The translations under genes and the position numbers were made by a program. A DNA stretch of 63,957 bases, filler included, from Albugo candida (Eukaryota), in assembly GCA_040437565.1 (NCBI GenBank). It is 6 parts of 6 records of this genome, joined end to end, with 100 filler letters (N's around TTAATTAATTAA, not from the genome) between each part and the next. Parts side by side here need not be neighbours in the genome. Positions count along the whole stretch, not along the records: positions 22,540 to 33,081 come from JBDOQK010000113.1; positions 33,182 to 43,603 come from JBDOQK010000114.1; 4 more parts are not named here. The stretch is one strand, 5' to 3'. The notes below the pieces were generated by a model. It had not been told where the DNA came from. It made no database searches and saw only the letters and a list, made by a program, of their open reading frames with translations. Positions 22,540 to 35,349 of this stretch are shown here, in pieces (the first letter of the stretch is position 1; every line of letters begins with the position of its first letter).

Positions 22540-23389
22540 ACCCGACTATTTGATAGCATTGCGATTGTATAGAAAGAGCTTCAGCTACGGATTGAAAATG
22601 GGATTTAAGCGATGGGTGAATATATGAAAGCCTTTCTTCAATTGAAAGTGTGCTCATTTTTTGATGGAACGGTGGCGTTCTTCTAGAACGATGCGCTTCT
22701 GACGACATCTCATCCTTGAATGAGTTGCATTGGTCATTAGCATAAATGAATGTTGGATAATTGCAAAATTCTGTGTCCTGGCATTTCTCTTTGTATACGT
22801 TGGCATTTGAAATTTCATCACATAAAGAGAATTGGGGGCATGCGAATTAGATTGGAGTAGAGTGTATTTTTCGATGCTGCCCGAATCACTCCATTTCTGC
22901 ATACATATCTCGCATAAAGAGGAATAGAAAAAGAAATCTTGAGTTGATAGAAGGCACAAGTAATTAGATACTTTGCTACTTCCTTCAGCGGGGTTGTCTG
23001 CAAGCAGAAGGGGATTTTGCTGTTCCACGTGCATATTTTTATGTGAATGATAGGTAGTTGGGGGAGTGGAGTGCGTCCCGCCAATATCTTCATTGGGAAT
23101 CGCACGTTCGGAATCTTTGACTGTCAGTATGAGACAGATTCCGCTACCATAGCAATTGGCGAAATTTGTTAGAAAATACTCCGATGACCCAATATCTGGT
23201 GATAAATATGTTTTGATTGTTGACAGGCACCTCTTCCTCTTCGACGTGAACTGCGCCTGCGTGTAACAGACACTCTTGACATCGAGAGACGTACGGTAAA
23301 CCAACGGTGATATCAAAAGACATCAAATTGGCGGAGTGCCCAGAATGCCATAGGAATACGAATAAGTCAAGGAGGAGTGCGGCTTTCAT
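22540..23389 (-). pseudogene. CHxC/CCG-like secreted effector, frameshifted, 3' truncated by contig end
   Basis: Signal-peptide-like MKAALLLDLFVFLWHSGHSA, CQECLLHAG at residue 37 (23281), frameshift ~23180 into FLTNFANCYGSGIC, second CEICMQKWSDSG motif, second frameshift ~22700. Confidence 0.65.
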
Positions 23390-24069
23390 CCTGGTAAATG
23401 AATAATGAAACATGGTGACCTTACTTTTCCGTTGTTGTCCCGTGCCAACCACACATTCATCCGATTTCCTGGTAGCACGTACCCTCTTCTAGATGCTACA
23501 TGAAAATAATACAGTGTGTGGGAATAGACATGCCGGCGTACTCCGATACAAAATAACGTCCGACAAATGATATTACTAATGAGTTAGCTGTGACATTTGA
23601 CGAGTTGGCTATATGAGGCTTCCCGGTGAGCAAATGCCACGATTACAGCGTGTCTTTATCCAATCCATTACGCCAAAACGGGTAGTTGAGGGAGTAGGGA
23701 TGTCGATCGACGATCTGGTGCGTCATTTCCACTTGACTCAGCACAAAAATTACGCAACGGTTATATTCGGTCCAGCACTTGTGGGTTCCTATCACCTGTG
23801 GGACCTAATATTTCCAGCAGTTTGAACGGGCCTTTGTCGTGTTAAGGCGCAATTCTTGCCGCCTAAACTTCTTCGTAAATTCATCCTGTAAGGTTCCCAG
23901 TAGCTATTCATACTCTAAAACCAGCCACTTCGCACCTTATCATCCGGATAGCTCGTCAAAATCAGTACGATTCTTCATGAAACCAGCCAACAAAATCCAG
24001 CTGCATATCATCAGCTTGTATCCTTCTCATTACATCTTCTTTTACCTCACACATTAATCGTATAAATGC

Positions 24070-26621
24070 TTAGAGATCGATATTAACAAGACGATTCAGA
24101 TACTGTATAAAATGATACACTTTAAATCCATTGACTTCTGCGCTAGAAATGCGCCAATGATCCAATGCTTGGCTGCAGTCACTGGCATTCTCAAACTGCA
24201 TGGAAAAATGCATATTTGACGAAGAGGATTCCATCATCTGCAAAATGCAATCGTTCTGTTTGTCTATCGAGCACTTTGTCGTATGAATTGGGAGGAAAAA
24301 ACGGACAGAAGTCGATCCCAATTCTCTGCTCCCTTGAGCGAGAATGATTGCTTCGGGACTGATAATAAACGCTCCGGAAACGCTCTTATTCCACACACAT
24401 GACAGCGATACCAAATTTTCCATTTCGATCGGTGTACCCTTTTGGAAACACTGATGTAGCTCCTGTGTCTTTATATGTCGAAATGTTACTATGCGATCCA
24501 AATCGTCGTATCTTTTTGGGTACAAACGTCGATACGCTTCACGCAGAGTGAGAAATACTCGCAATGCACGTCGCATTGACTTTACATCGCATTCATTTGC
24601 ATTTGTTTCGACCGGATTTCTCTCACGAATAAGGAAACGTGACGAAATGTTAGATGGAGCTCTGGATAATGAGATCTCATTCTCAATCACTTGCACGCAG
24701 TCACATGTCGGTATGCTTTCATTTACGCACAAAATGACGCGCTTAGCACTTTGACATAAAACCTTACTGAATGTGTGCGCTTGTTCGTCGTCAAGAGGTC
24801 GAGTGAGCTCAATGCTTTCACTGGACACAGTGTGAAGCAAAAGATGGACCGCCAGCTTCAAATTTCTCACAGGCGAATCGATTGGGTTCAGTGTAGATAA
24901 GATACGATCGATCAGACAGCTTCTCTCAACTTCTTTGGAGATGGATACAACACTGCTTCTCTGACGATCGGCTGACGCAACGTCGCAATCGCTCATTATC
25001 GACTCTGATGAGACTTCTTGCCGTACTTGCTGGTCGCTGTTTGAAATCTCAGAATCGCAACGAGTGGATTTACGAGCTTCTATGATGTTGACTTCCTTGA
25101 GGAGTGAGCGATCCACACTGATGTTCTTGCAAACGTGCCATACTAAAAGCATCGCGTTGTACGAAAGAAGCGGATCACTTGAAGTCACCAACTTCAAAAT
25201 AGACGCCCGGATACAGTTTTGATCTGAAATTCCAAGTCCGACGATCTCTTCGATGGGCCATTCTCCATACTCGAAACGTGTATCGAAATAACAGAGTGAC
25301 TTGGAGCATTCTTTTGATGTATGCTTGTGGAAGAGAAATTCGGACCGAGTCGGAGGAGTCGAGTTGGATTGTTTCGAGGAAGCTCCTGCGCCAAATGTCA
25401 TTGTTGCGTACGAACAGTCACGCAATGGCTCGATGGAGAACAATCTATCACACTTTCGATTAGCTATACGATGCGTAATTGAAACGAGCGTACGTACAGA
25501 AAGCATGTCGCATTGATCAAAGGTGCGTACTCGATAATCTGGAGAAGCTGAGCTAGAAGAAACGTTGCCAAAGCCGTACAAACACGCTGAGGCGGCGGTT
25601 GACATGCTGGAAGCAAGCTGCCAACCAAGAAGGCTTTGATGTGACGGTCGTAAATAGTGCTTCCCAATCGATACGCTAGCTCTGGCACGTCCACCTGTAG
25701 CAGATCTTGCAGGTAATATAACACGTTGCAATATCCTTCCAGACTTTGGTCTACCGACACAGCGTGGTTTCGATGTCGATGTGAAAGCTTTTTCTTCGGC
25801 TTAATGGTACCTCGTTCATGTAAGAGCTCCTGCGTCTTCAACGCCATTTCCATAAGGTTATCGACCAATTCCTCAAAGTATTGAAAACTGGATGAAAGCA
25901 GCAAAAACTGATGGACCCGTGGATCATTCACCTGCAAGATCTGAAGTAGAATCGTTTTGACTGCGGTTTGTATCATACTCTCTGAGCTCTGTCGAAACTT
26001 GAGCGCTTGCGCGAATAAGGCGAAGTCACGTCGTCTTTGATCCAAGAAGAACTGCACAGTCTCCGCGTCCAGGCGAGCTGCTAGAGCCTTGAGCAATGTG
26101 ACGTACCAATCGCGAACATCTTCGTCGGTCATAAGGGAAAATGGACACTGTAATAATCGATTTACGAAATTGTTCGATAAGATATAAAATAATACAGTCC
26201 GAGTGGCAATATTTTAAAACCAAATACAAAGCGTCTGAAGTATTTGAATTTGAACTGCAGCATCCAACGAAGCGTTTCCCATTTCGAGTAACAGCGAGAG
26301 TATGTTTTTCTCACCGAAGAAATCGAAAAAGGCTGCGGCTTTGATCGCTTCAGCGGAGCAGTTTTCTAGTCTGTGGTGCTGATCCGCAAAGACGAGATAC
26401 TCAGAGATTGCGCGAAGAGATTCGATAAGCAGATGGTTCGGGATTTTGCGAAAGTGTTTCAATTGAGAGTATGTATACGAAAGCTTATCGAGTGTCAATT
26501 CTTCGTCGTGATGAATTGGGTCCGCTGGTAAGGCGAGAATTGACTGTGTCCATAGGTTGGAGAAGAAAGAATGTGTTCGTTTGTCGTCGTGTTTGGATGC
26601 ACCCGTAATCCAATTCCACAT
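24070..26621 (-). CDS. CLEC16A/TT9/GFS9-like protein (FPL domain); one intron 25497-25445; single in-frame TAA at 26214-26216
   Basis: FFDFFGEKNIL, VQIQILQTL, FYILSNNFVN, DEDVRDWYVTLLKAL, ESMIQTAVKTILL are FPL-domain motifs; intron GTACGT..CTAAT..TAG joins ORF 25464-26132 to ORF 24070-25731. Confidence 0.85.
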
Positions 26622-26899
26622 TAGTTCTTGTATTATTTATTAGTTATGTAAAGCTGATGTGGTGTGTGTTTTCGCTCAATCAAAGCGACCAAAAAAGACT
26701 TGCGGTATGTATCGTGCGTAGCCTGTTGAGCTACTTCGTATGTTGTAAAGACAAGCGTATCTACACAGTTCTACATCCTGTGCAATCACTGAGCCTGGCA
26801 TCCGTTATGTACTGTCATGAGTTGTTGTGGTCAATGTAGAGCAGTACATATGGCTTCACCCTTTACACTAATGCAAACTTTTCATGTTTTTTAGCAAAA

Positions 26900-28427
26900 C
26901 TATCGACTATGGTAATCATAGAATAATAGAATCATGTCCATCAGTGCAAGCAGCGTAGGTCCGTTTTCTGATGGAGCAGGATGTCTCAAGTTATTGCGTG
27001 ATGTGATAGATCTTCGATTTAATGAAGCACGACATAACAACTTTTTTCGGAGAAAAAGATTTATTAGACTATCCGTAAAGGAAGAGATGCTGTCATATCA
27101 CATGCGAATGTATGTGCTCATAAGATGCCATCAAACCGAGTCAGAATGTATCAGACGTATTCTGCACTGCCTCGGGCCGAATTGGTACCGTTTTGACATA
27201 GAAACATCTCTGCTGCGCAAATAAAGAGGTGTGGATCTGAATGGTATTTCTCATTATCATGTTGTCATTTTCAGGAGCCATACGAGTAGATTTGATAATG
27301 TTGTCTGATGATAGTCACGGCATCTAATTCAAACGCCTTTGAGCTGTATCCCTGAGAACTTTTCAATCTACACTGATTGGCCGGGACTTCATGAGCAACT
27401 TTTGCTTTGACTCAAACAATGACACCTTTTCCGGTACATTATAGTGCAATTGAGATGCATCACTCGAGCCGTGATGAGAACATTCTGCAAATAGTCGAAA
27501 CCAGCTGATGCATTGGTACCACATCAAAGGATGATGGGGCGTCCTTAGCGTACCCAGACGACCCTCTCGCTTACTGTTTGTGCATGAATGATAGGAGACT
27601 TAAATGTTAATTTTCAACAGCTATAATTCTACTATTAAATCAGTTCGAGTCTGCTGATGCATTTGATAATGCAATTCTAATGGTATCGACTAAAGAAAAT
27701 ACACACAAAAGATCGTGACGAACTAGAAAAACAAGATGATTTCGATGTGATCAATGAAATCTATTAGTTCAAATGAACATATCTGACGTCTGTTTTGTGT
27801 GAAAAGAGCATCCCGAGAAGACGAACGGCTTTTTATGTCACGTTAAGTGATATCCACAATTCGATAAAGAGTATGTCTGAATTCGACTTTCTGCTCTAAG
27901 CACTTCTGTGAAGTATGAAATGGTCGTGTCTCGTACTTAAAAAAAAAGAGTCACAGGCCACAAAGCAATGCAGGAGCCGATCAAGATACGTTACAATGAT
28001 TATTGCAAAGAACGGCATCAGTCAGAAAATTCTACATTTCGGATGAGCTTGCCATCGCTTCCGTCTCAGCTGTCGTTGCGTACAATACCGCAACAATTGT
28101 CGAAGAATTCGAATGAATTAAAATGTTTCAGGGCGACTCTCTGTGCGCTAGACAGTCATCAAGCTGACCATTCTCATCAGAACGTGCACAATTTTCGTCA
28201 CGTCAGATTTAGTGTGAGATGCTTGTCACAGCGTACTTTTGCGATCGCTTTGTCAGAATAATTGATACAATCTAAAGGATCCAACGACATCGAATGCTTG
28301 CGTTCTGCATCGTTCTTTCCTTCTTTCCCTATGAGTGTAAACTTCCCAATTCTCATTTCCGTTCTGTTGACCAAAGCGCATTCAACGTCGATATCACCTC
28401 GATTTTATAAAATATCCTAAGTTTCAT
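26900..28427 (-). pseudogene. Heavily decayed paralog of the N-terminal half of family D
   Basis: EMRIGKFTLIG...RKHSMSLDPLDCINYSD resembles LRVNVQKIRI...CEQCMFLLNLF*CVACID (58520-58620); RSRDV...QCRIRLI (~27170) resembles HGKNV...HCQ(I)RLL (~59290). Weak. Confidence 0.3.
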
Positions 28428-28882
28428 AAGATAATTTCGGATGGTTTCCCGGTTGGCTCTGACTCCTACGTGTGCATGTATTGCAAGTCAGCTGTTAAGT
28501 ACAACAGAATCGTGTTAGATGTCTCAAAGATGGAATAAAAGAGATCATATTTTTACTGAAAGACGAGAAGATAAAACCCGCTGAGATGCTCTACTTGTGA
28601 GGAGACACACTAAATGCTGGCAAAGATGTGACACATCTCAGTAACGGATGCCAATGTGTACTTTATTTGAATGGTAAGCTTTCATGTAGCTTGCAATCAC
28701 TCTGTAGCCTCTAGCCTATTCATGCAAATTAGCAGCGGTGGGGCCCATCGGCGGAGTCAAAGACCCTCCTCTAAATATCAACCTACTTAATTAAGCTAAT
28801 TCAATATGGCTTGGAAACATGAATATGTACCGAAGATTTTATTTTATTAGCTTCAGACGATAATGAACTCTCAAATGAAGTA

Positions 28883-29041
28883 ATGCGCGAAAGTATTTAT
28901 TGAGTGGAGCCCAAACTCCAGAAAAATGGGTTTCTCTAGTGAGTAGAATGATTAAATAAGAATGATTAAAAATCATTCTACTCACTTGAGAAACCCATTT
29001 TTCTGGAGTTTGGGCTCCACTCAATAAATACTTTCGCGCAT
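28883..29041. mobile_element. MITE with ~71-bp inverted arms flanked by TA (Tc1/mariner-type)
   Basis: 28881-28953 is the reverse complement of 28971-29043 with one mismatch; TA at 28881-28882 and 29042-29043. Confidence 0.85.
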
Positions 29042-29594
29042 TAATCATAATGAAGAGTGTATATTGTTCTATCCTTACTTCACTATCAACTAAACGAAGC
29101 CTATCCACTCTATTCCTATGTCAGAACCACTGATCATGCTGTTTGAATTCTCTTTTACAATTAAGCAACGTTAGCGAGTTTTAGCGATGGAAGCGTTGGG
29201 TGATGATTTTTTTTTATGTTTGTACCCAGAAAGCTGCCATATCTATTCCATTTCCTCTATCACTCTCAGGTTTCGTTCGGTGTATATTTCTGAAAATCAA
29301 ACACAGAAAGCAGATTTTTAAATGTGGGGACCGAGTTAGATGGCAACCAAAACAATGAGTCAAGCCCAAAGCGCCCTTTTCAACAGCTATTAAACAACCG
29401 TACAGCCTTCATCGTTCGCCACAAACGACTTTCTCGACAAGTGATACAAAATACAAACAATTTGTGATTTTCGTTTTGTTTTAGTCAACCCTCAAACCTA
29501 AAATCTGCCACGATGTGCTTTATCATTCAGTAAAGTGCGTCAGAAGCAGCACATTAATCCATGAAAACCAGCCAGCAAAAGCCAGCTGCATATA

Positions 29595-30433
29595 TCAGCG
29601 CGCACTCTTCTCCTCAGATCTTTTCATAACCCCCCACATTAACTTTATGAATGCTAGTGACCACACTTGACAAAACCATTCAGATACTGATGACTTCGGC
29701 ACTACTAAACTTGCGGGTGACATAGTAACCGGCAACTCTAGAAATGCACTGAATGGATTCGCCAAACCACAAATGTTTCCGAATGCGATATCTGGCAACC
29801 TTCGATGCAAATGGGATGAATCAATAACGGAAGAGAGCCTGATTTCTAAGTACATTCATTTAGATCATCGGTTCACTCAATCGCTAATCTAAGCCTTTAC
29901 GAACTTTTATATCTTACCTAATGTCAGTTGTTGATTTATACCAGCCAGAGAGCTCCGAAGCTAAAAGAAGAGAACGTGACCCCCCCCCCCCGCCGTATCA
30001 ATAAGTCTACGATCTCATTCGCTGGTCTGGTGACACTTTCTCATGACATTCTTGATAATTAAGGAGAATTAATCCGGTCGATATACCATATTTTTCCTTT
30101 CTGCGCCTTAAATTAATGACGCTGAAATGCGCATCCATATTGAGTCTGATGAAGCAGAGCAAAGCGAGATTCGAAAGACTTCAAGCTCGAGTTTAAGCGT
30201 GATTCGTTACCTGCACTACACTATTTCAATTCTACATCCCCAAAATATTCTTTTTTAGTCGAATTGGAATCCAGATATTTGAGGAAGATACACCATCCAA
30301 CACACTGAGCAGTGCCTTGTCTTGGCTATTCATTCTTCTCTTTTCTACTTATTTTTCTGGTAACACACGGAGCATCAACAAATAAGTGATTTTCAGAGAT
30401 TCAATTAAGCAGAGTGACCTCGAAATGTCGCAT
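29595..30433 (-). pseudogene. Possible decayed CCG-like gene
   Basis: MRHFEVTLL leader then, after a frameshift, HCSVCWMVYL at ~30310; many stops; weak. Confidence 0.2.
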
Positions 30434-30599
30434 ACCCTTGCTTGACTACGTAATCAATATATCTATCGATTTTTTTTTCGAAATCTATTCCGAATATGCG
30501 AAGTCGAGTTCGCTGCCACAAATCTATTTGCGTGTTTTGAGCTGCAGAAGTTTTAGAATAGAATTTTCGTAACGTCAAGCGCTTTTTTCAGTTCGTGTG

Positions 30600-33081
30600 T
30601 ATTGGAAGAACAACGTTCGCTGTCAAAGCGTTGCGGTCGACCGACCACTTCAGAGTCACGGCTGTTTTGGACGGTGTAGAAAATCTAGGCGAAGATGATG
30701 TCTTGTGAAGAGACGAAACCGTCGTAGCATGTAGATAACAATAAATAACACTTCTACCTTTGCACTGGCATCATTCCTTTGAACAGTTTATGAGCCCAAT
30801 GGATAATGCCTCCCACGCGATGGAACCCACCGCGGGTCCTAAGACAGTTTCTGGTCGCGAAAGGGCCGATAGTCCACAAAGTGATAACTTAAAAATCAAG
30901 GCAGAGGCGATGCCACGGAACACTGATGACAGGATGGTGGACCTCCTAACGGGACTAGCGGAGCGAATCGTCAAGCTAGAGGCGTCACAAGAGGCCAAGA
31001 ACCAGTTACTGGTGAGGGAGTTCAGCGTGTTCGGCTTGGTGATCGGCCAGGGACAGCCTGTGAATCGGGGTGCTCTCGATGTGGCACCGCCGATGGCTCA
31101 GTCACCAAACTTGTCTCCAAGAACATACTTTGGGTTGAATCAATCTGGGTATGCAAGGGTGGCTAAAAATGTCGAGAAGGCACAGGCTCCGCAGCTGGGT
31201 TGCCACAGCACTATATGCCACCTCCAGTGTAGCAGCAGCGGCCGGTACCGCAGAACGTCCCGTCGCATGCGAGAGCGCCTGACGCAAGACAGCTTGAGCT
31301 GAATGGTCGTTACTTTGATGGGAAGGAGCTTTACCAGGGTCTGGGAAGTGGTTTCCTGTCCTGGGAAAAACGTTTGTGCGGAAAGTCTTTTTCTCTGAAA
31401 GAACAAGTGGATATGCGTGGACAGAAGATGTCAAGATAGACGTACTTGGGCATAACCTCACCGGAATGGCTGAGCATTACTATTTTCGCCAAGTTAAAGG
31501 TTGGTGGCAAGAGGAGCCGACATTGTAGCAAGCCATTCAAAGGCTCCTTCATACGTTCGCGACGAAGATCTCTCCAGCACAGAGCATGAAACCATTTACG
31601 ACCGCAAGAGTCCCAAGTGCAGCTGGGACGACCACTATTTGTACCTGGTCGCAGTAAGCTAGGCATGTCGTGGGGCAGACAGCTTGGTACAGGACAACAT
31701 TGTACATTATGCCGACTCATCAATATGAGTTCATTGCTGGTGCGCTTGAACTTGACAATGATTGATTACTTGCGTCAAGCAGAGGAATTGGCGCACTTCG
31801 CGCAGTCGACGGAGATCGAGTTGCATGGAAAGCACATTGAAAAAGACTTCGCGAACAACGTACGAAACGTGCGCAAAAAGTTGTGAAAGTGTCACAGTTG
31901 CGGAAAGCCGGGACACATACAGGCGACGTGTCCCACGAATAAGGTCGACAGAAGAATACGCGATGGCGTGAATTTTTTGCGTGCAGCGGACGACAGCAGC
32001 GCTGATCAAGTAAATTGGATTGTGGAGAGCGGCTTGATCCGTCGCTTGGTGAACGATAAAATAATGCTCGAGGATCCAGAAAACTTTCAAGGCTAGTGTG
32101 TCACAGCTACGGAGGACGCCTGTGCATCACGAAGCAAGGAAGTGTCACAATCACAATCACAGTGAACGGAAAGGTCACAAAAGTGCGGCTTTTGGACGTC
32201 CAGTTTGCCGAAAATCTTGAAAGGAACATTATTTCCTATGGCATTATGGAGGCCAAAGGGTTCATGATATCCTACATAGGGAATCACAGGGTCGTCACCA
32301 CCGTTGACAGTGGGATGGGCATCTTAGATGTCGAGAACGGCTAAAGAAGTCTCTTTAGGGGTTAAAAAGCGGGTCACCTTTGGAGCAACCTATTAAACTC
32401 GAAACTGAAAGAAAATGGGTTCACTCCCTGCTTGTCAGGCGCGTTCCTGTATTTTAATTGGGATTGAGGGGAGAGAACCATTGTCGGGGTGTATGTGGAC
32501 GATTTGTTGGTCACAGCATCTATCCAAACCAAGGTGGAATAGTTTTTCTAATCCATGAGCGTTCTGTCTTTCAAGGACATGGGTGAAGTTAAGGGATTCT
32601 TGGGCATGCGTGTGGCCTTGAAGAGAAGAATACGTACACTATTGACCAAACCGCGGCTTCGAAGAAACGCTGGGTCAATATGGGCTAATGGAAGTAAATG
32701 GTGTGAAAGTGCCTATCGGTGAAGAGAGTAACGACCTTGAAACGGAATTGATGTATTTTTGGCAAAACGGGGTAAAAATGGCGAGCTAACTATACGAGAT
32801 TTTCAGTCCCTGGTCGTCAGCCTTCTCTGGATTGCCCGATGCTCGAGACCTGCCTGACATCAGCTTCACGGTTCACAAGGCGACGAGACGTACTCCCCAG
32901 CCTACCGTCAGCGATTGGAAGTTGGTGAAGTCCGGAACTCGATACTTGAAAGCAACAAAAGACATGAAGATTTACACGATTATTGACCCACAAGATTGTG
33001 GTATCACGTTGACAAGCTGGAGCGACTCAGACTTCGCAGCAAACAAAACCAATCGCAAGGCAATAACTGGTGGGGTACTTG
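30600..33081 (+). mobile_element. Ty1/Copia element 2, internally deleted (no integrase), truncated by contig end
   Basis: LTR ~30600-30785 (TATTGG...GAACA), PBS GTTTATGAGCCCA 30786-30798, gag DYLRQAEELAHFAQ, knuckle CHSCGKPGH, protease relic, jump at ~32340 to RLKKSL*GLK, GVYVDDLL, SWSDSDFA. Confidence 0.9.
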
Positions 33082-33181
33082 NNNNNNNNNNNNNNNNNNN
33101 NNNNNNNNNNNNNNNNNNNNNNNNNTTAATTAATTAANNNNNNNNNNNNNNNNNNNNNNNNNNNNNNNNNNNNNNNNNNNN
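33082..33181. other. Artificial contig linker
   Basis: 44 N, TTAATTAATTAA, 44 N. Confidence 0.99.
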
Positions 33182-33938
33182 CAATTAGTGTACCACGTGC
33201 CAAATCAGGGGGGAAAACGATTTCGAATCCACGATCTTGCAGTTTTCGCAAAGTGTATTGTATTAACGCTAATTCCATCATGGCTGCTTCATTACGAAGG
33301 TATATAAATTTTGATCCAGCGACTTTAGCTCCACTCAAAGTGTCAATCAAGTCCAGGTCGTGCATAAGATCGGAATGATCTCTCAAGGGAAAGTCAAATT
33401 TGGGTTTCTCACCATAGGAAGCGATCAGTTTTGAGGCATTATCAGATCCAATTGGCGTGTGTGGATGCGTATCATTTGGGAGCTTCATGGCTTCCATCTC
33501 CAATTCACTGGTTATTTGCTCAAGCTCATTTTCTTTGGAAGTAATCGTTTCTTTCAGCTGCCTACCATTTCGTTGCATATCTTTCAATAAATCGTCCATT
33601 GTGTCCAATTCTTGCGATTTTCTTGCTCCGATCTGCTGAACAGAAATATTCCGCCTTGCTCGTAGGTGATTTAGCTCTGTTTCCAAGGTTCTTCGATGCT
33701 GATATAACACCGCTACCCGCTCGGGATTTGCATCGCATTTTCTATTTCGTACGTTTCGAACCCATTCATCTAGATTTTCCGTCACTTTCTTGTAGTCAAG
33801 GCGAGGTTTGACGGTAGAATACGTAACTTGACGATACAAGCTTTGAATCCTTTGGCCGTGAAGGCGCATGTTGATTACCGTTGTTAACCTGTTAAGTAAT
33901 ACAGGCCAGAGTGCTAGTAGCATGAAAACATGCGGCAT
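33182..33938 (-). CDS. Seryl-tRNA synthetase, probably mitochondrial; N-terminal part (start may be 33869), 3' truncated
   Basis: Coiled-coil arm, then KLPNDTHPHTPIG, RDHSDL, GAKVAGSKFIYLRNEAAMMELAL, GFEIVFPPDL. Confidence 0.92.
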
Positions 33939-34635
33939 TGGCTTCGATGTCCTATTTCTCCTTTTGATATCCGATTTAGAATTTACACATTCAGCATTCA
34001 GGGAGAGGATAGATCAACCCAGTTCAATGCTTGCATCTCACTAAATACGAGTTGAGTGTACACTTAGTTGTCCCCACTAAGTGGCGGCAATCGTCGACGT
34101 TATCTATCGCAGTCAATAAAGTCCGTGGAAAATCTCATTTCTTAGAGGTATTTGTGTCAAGGCAATAGATTCCATTGAGAAAAGACAGTTTTAATGAAAT
34201 GAGAAGCCATCGAAGCCGGCAATTTGTATTCACCCGTTTTTGACTGAAATGCAAATCCTTCGATTAAGCTGACCATAAAAATCAAAAAAATTGGACCGTA
34301 TACTTCCACGTGAATCGCTTCTTGAGCTATCCCAAACCACTTATATGCTCATGTAATACATTCTGCGAGTTGCGACAGCATGTCTCAAACAAAATGACTG
34401 GAAAACAATTACGTTGCTAAATTTTCGACGTCTCTCGATTATTCCATCGAAGAACACTTCTGGTTGTAAAGTGTACACTTTAGCCATATTTCGACCATAC
34501 AAAATTCAGTAAGAATATAAGTTTTCGTCTATTATCTGCGAATTGGTCGAAATTCGCTCGCCACCAGAGCACATTTACGTTACGCCCACTCGAAAAAGCA
34601 TGTGATGCAAGTGGACGGAGCAAAAGGTATATGCG

Positions 34636-35190
34636 CTACATACGGTAGATTTCATGACGTAATCGCGACAACCTCATCATAAGCATTCGCCTAATGTTTG
34701 CGTCAATATCCGGATCGATATCGCCTTCTGTAAGAAAGGCAATACTACTCAATGTTGTAAAACCCTTTTGTTCCAATGTCTGACCCAATGGGATCAGATC
34801 TGAGTGACAGGCGGACATCCATTGTACCACTTCGCCTTGATCGCATACAAATCCAAACAAATGCGCGTGTTCTTTCGCAGAATTCAACCTCTTTCGTATC
34901 CGTACATCCGGAGAGAGAATTCGATTTTCCTCTTTTCTCACGCAGCGTGAATCAGCTGCAAATTCTTTTGCTTCATGGCTCATACCGCACACTTTTGTTG
35001 ATTCCTTTACAGACAAAAATAGACAGCGAATAGAACAAGTCAGTATATCCTCTACCGTTTCTGCTACTTGGTATCCTTTAAAGAAGGCGTTTTTCTCTCC
35101 ACAGTACGTATACATCTTCCATAATGTGTCTGTGCCTTTTTTGTGATCCTCAGCCAATACATACCAAACTTTGAATTTTTTTCAACCCTA
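34636..35190 (-). CDS. Small protein with PH-like N-terminus and SAM-like C-terminus; 5' end unresolved
   Basis: C-terminal VVQWM...LEQKGFTTLSSIAFLTEGDI...RRMLM is SAM-like; KKFKVWYVL...LWKMYTY upstream; apparent +1 in a T7 run at 35176-35182. Confidence 0.55.
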
Positions 35191-35349
35191 AAATATGAAC
35201 CTGTCATTAGCACTGCCTGCTGGCGACCTTATCCGCATCACCAATAGAGAGCAAGTTTAAAAGGCTGCAGTCTGTGTCTTCGCTATAGTATAGTACAATA
35301 GCAGACTACCCTCGTAAGACCAGGTAGCAGCATAGCTCAGTTGACTGAA

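Noticed and set aside
22484-22708. ORFs ending or starting in X-runs (LIN tails), also at 32832-33137, 33126, 43651 and 53967
   Set aside because: Termini are linker artefacts.
26214-26216. TAA/TAG reassigned to Gln
   Set aside because: Conserved genes here end in TAA or TAG (this gene, TIM10, DRC10-like, LRR), and long ORFs lack internal TAR codons.
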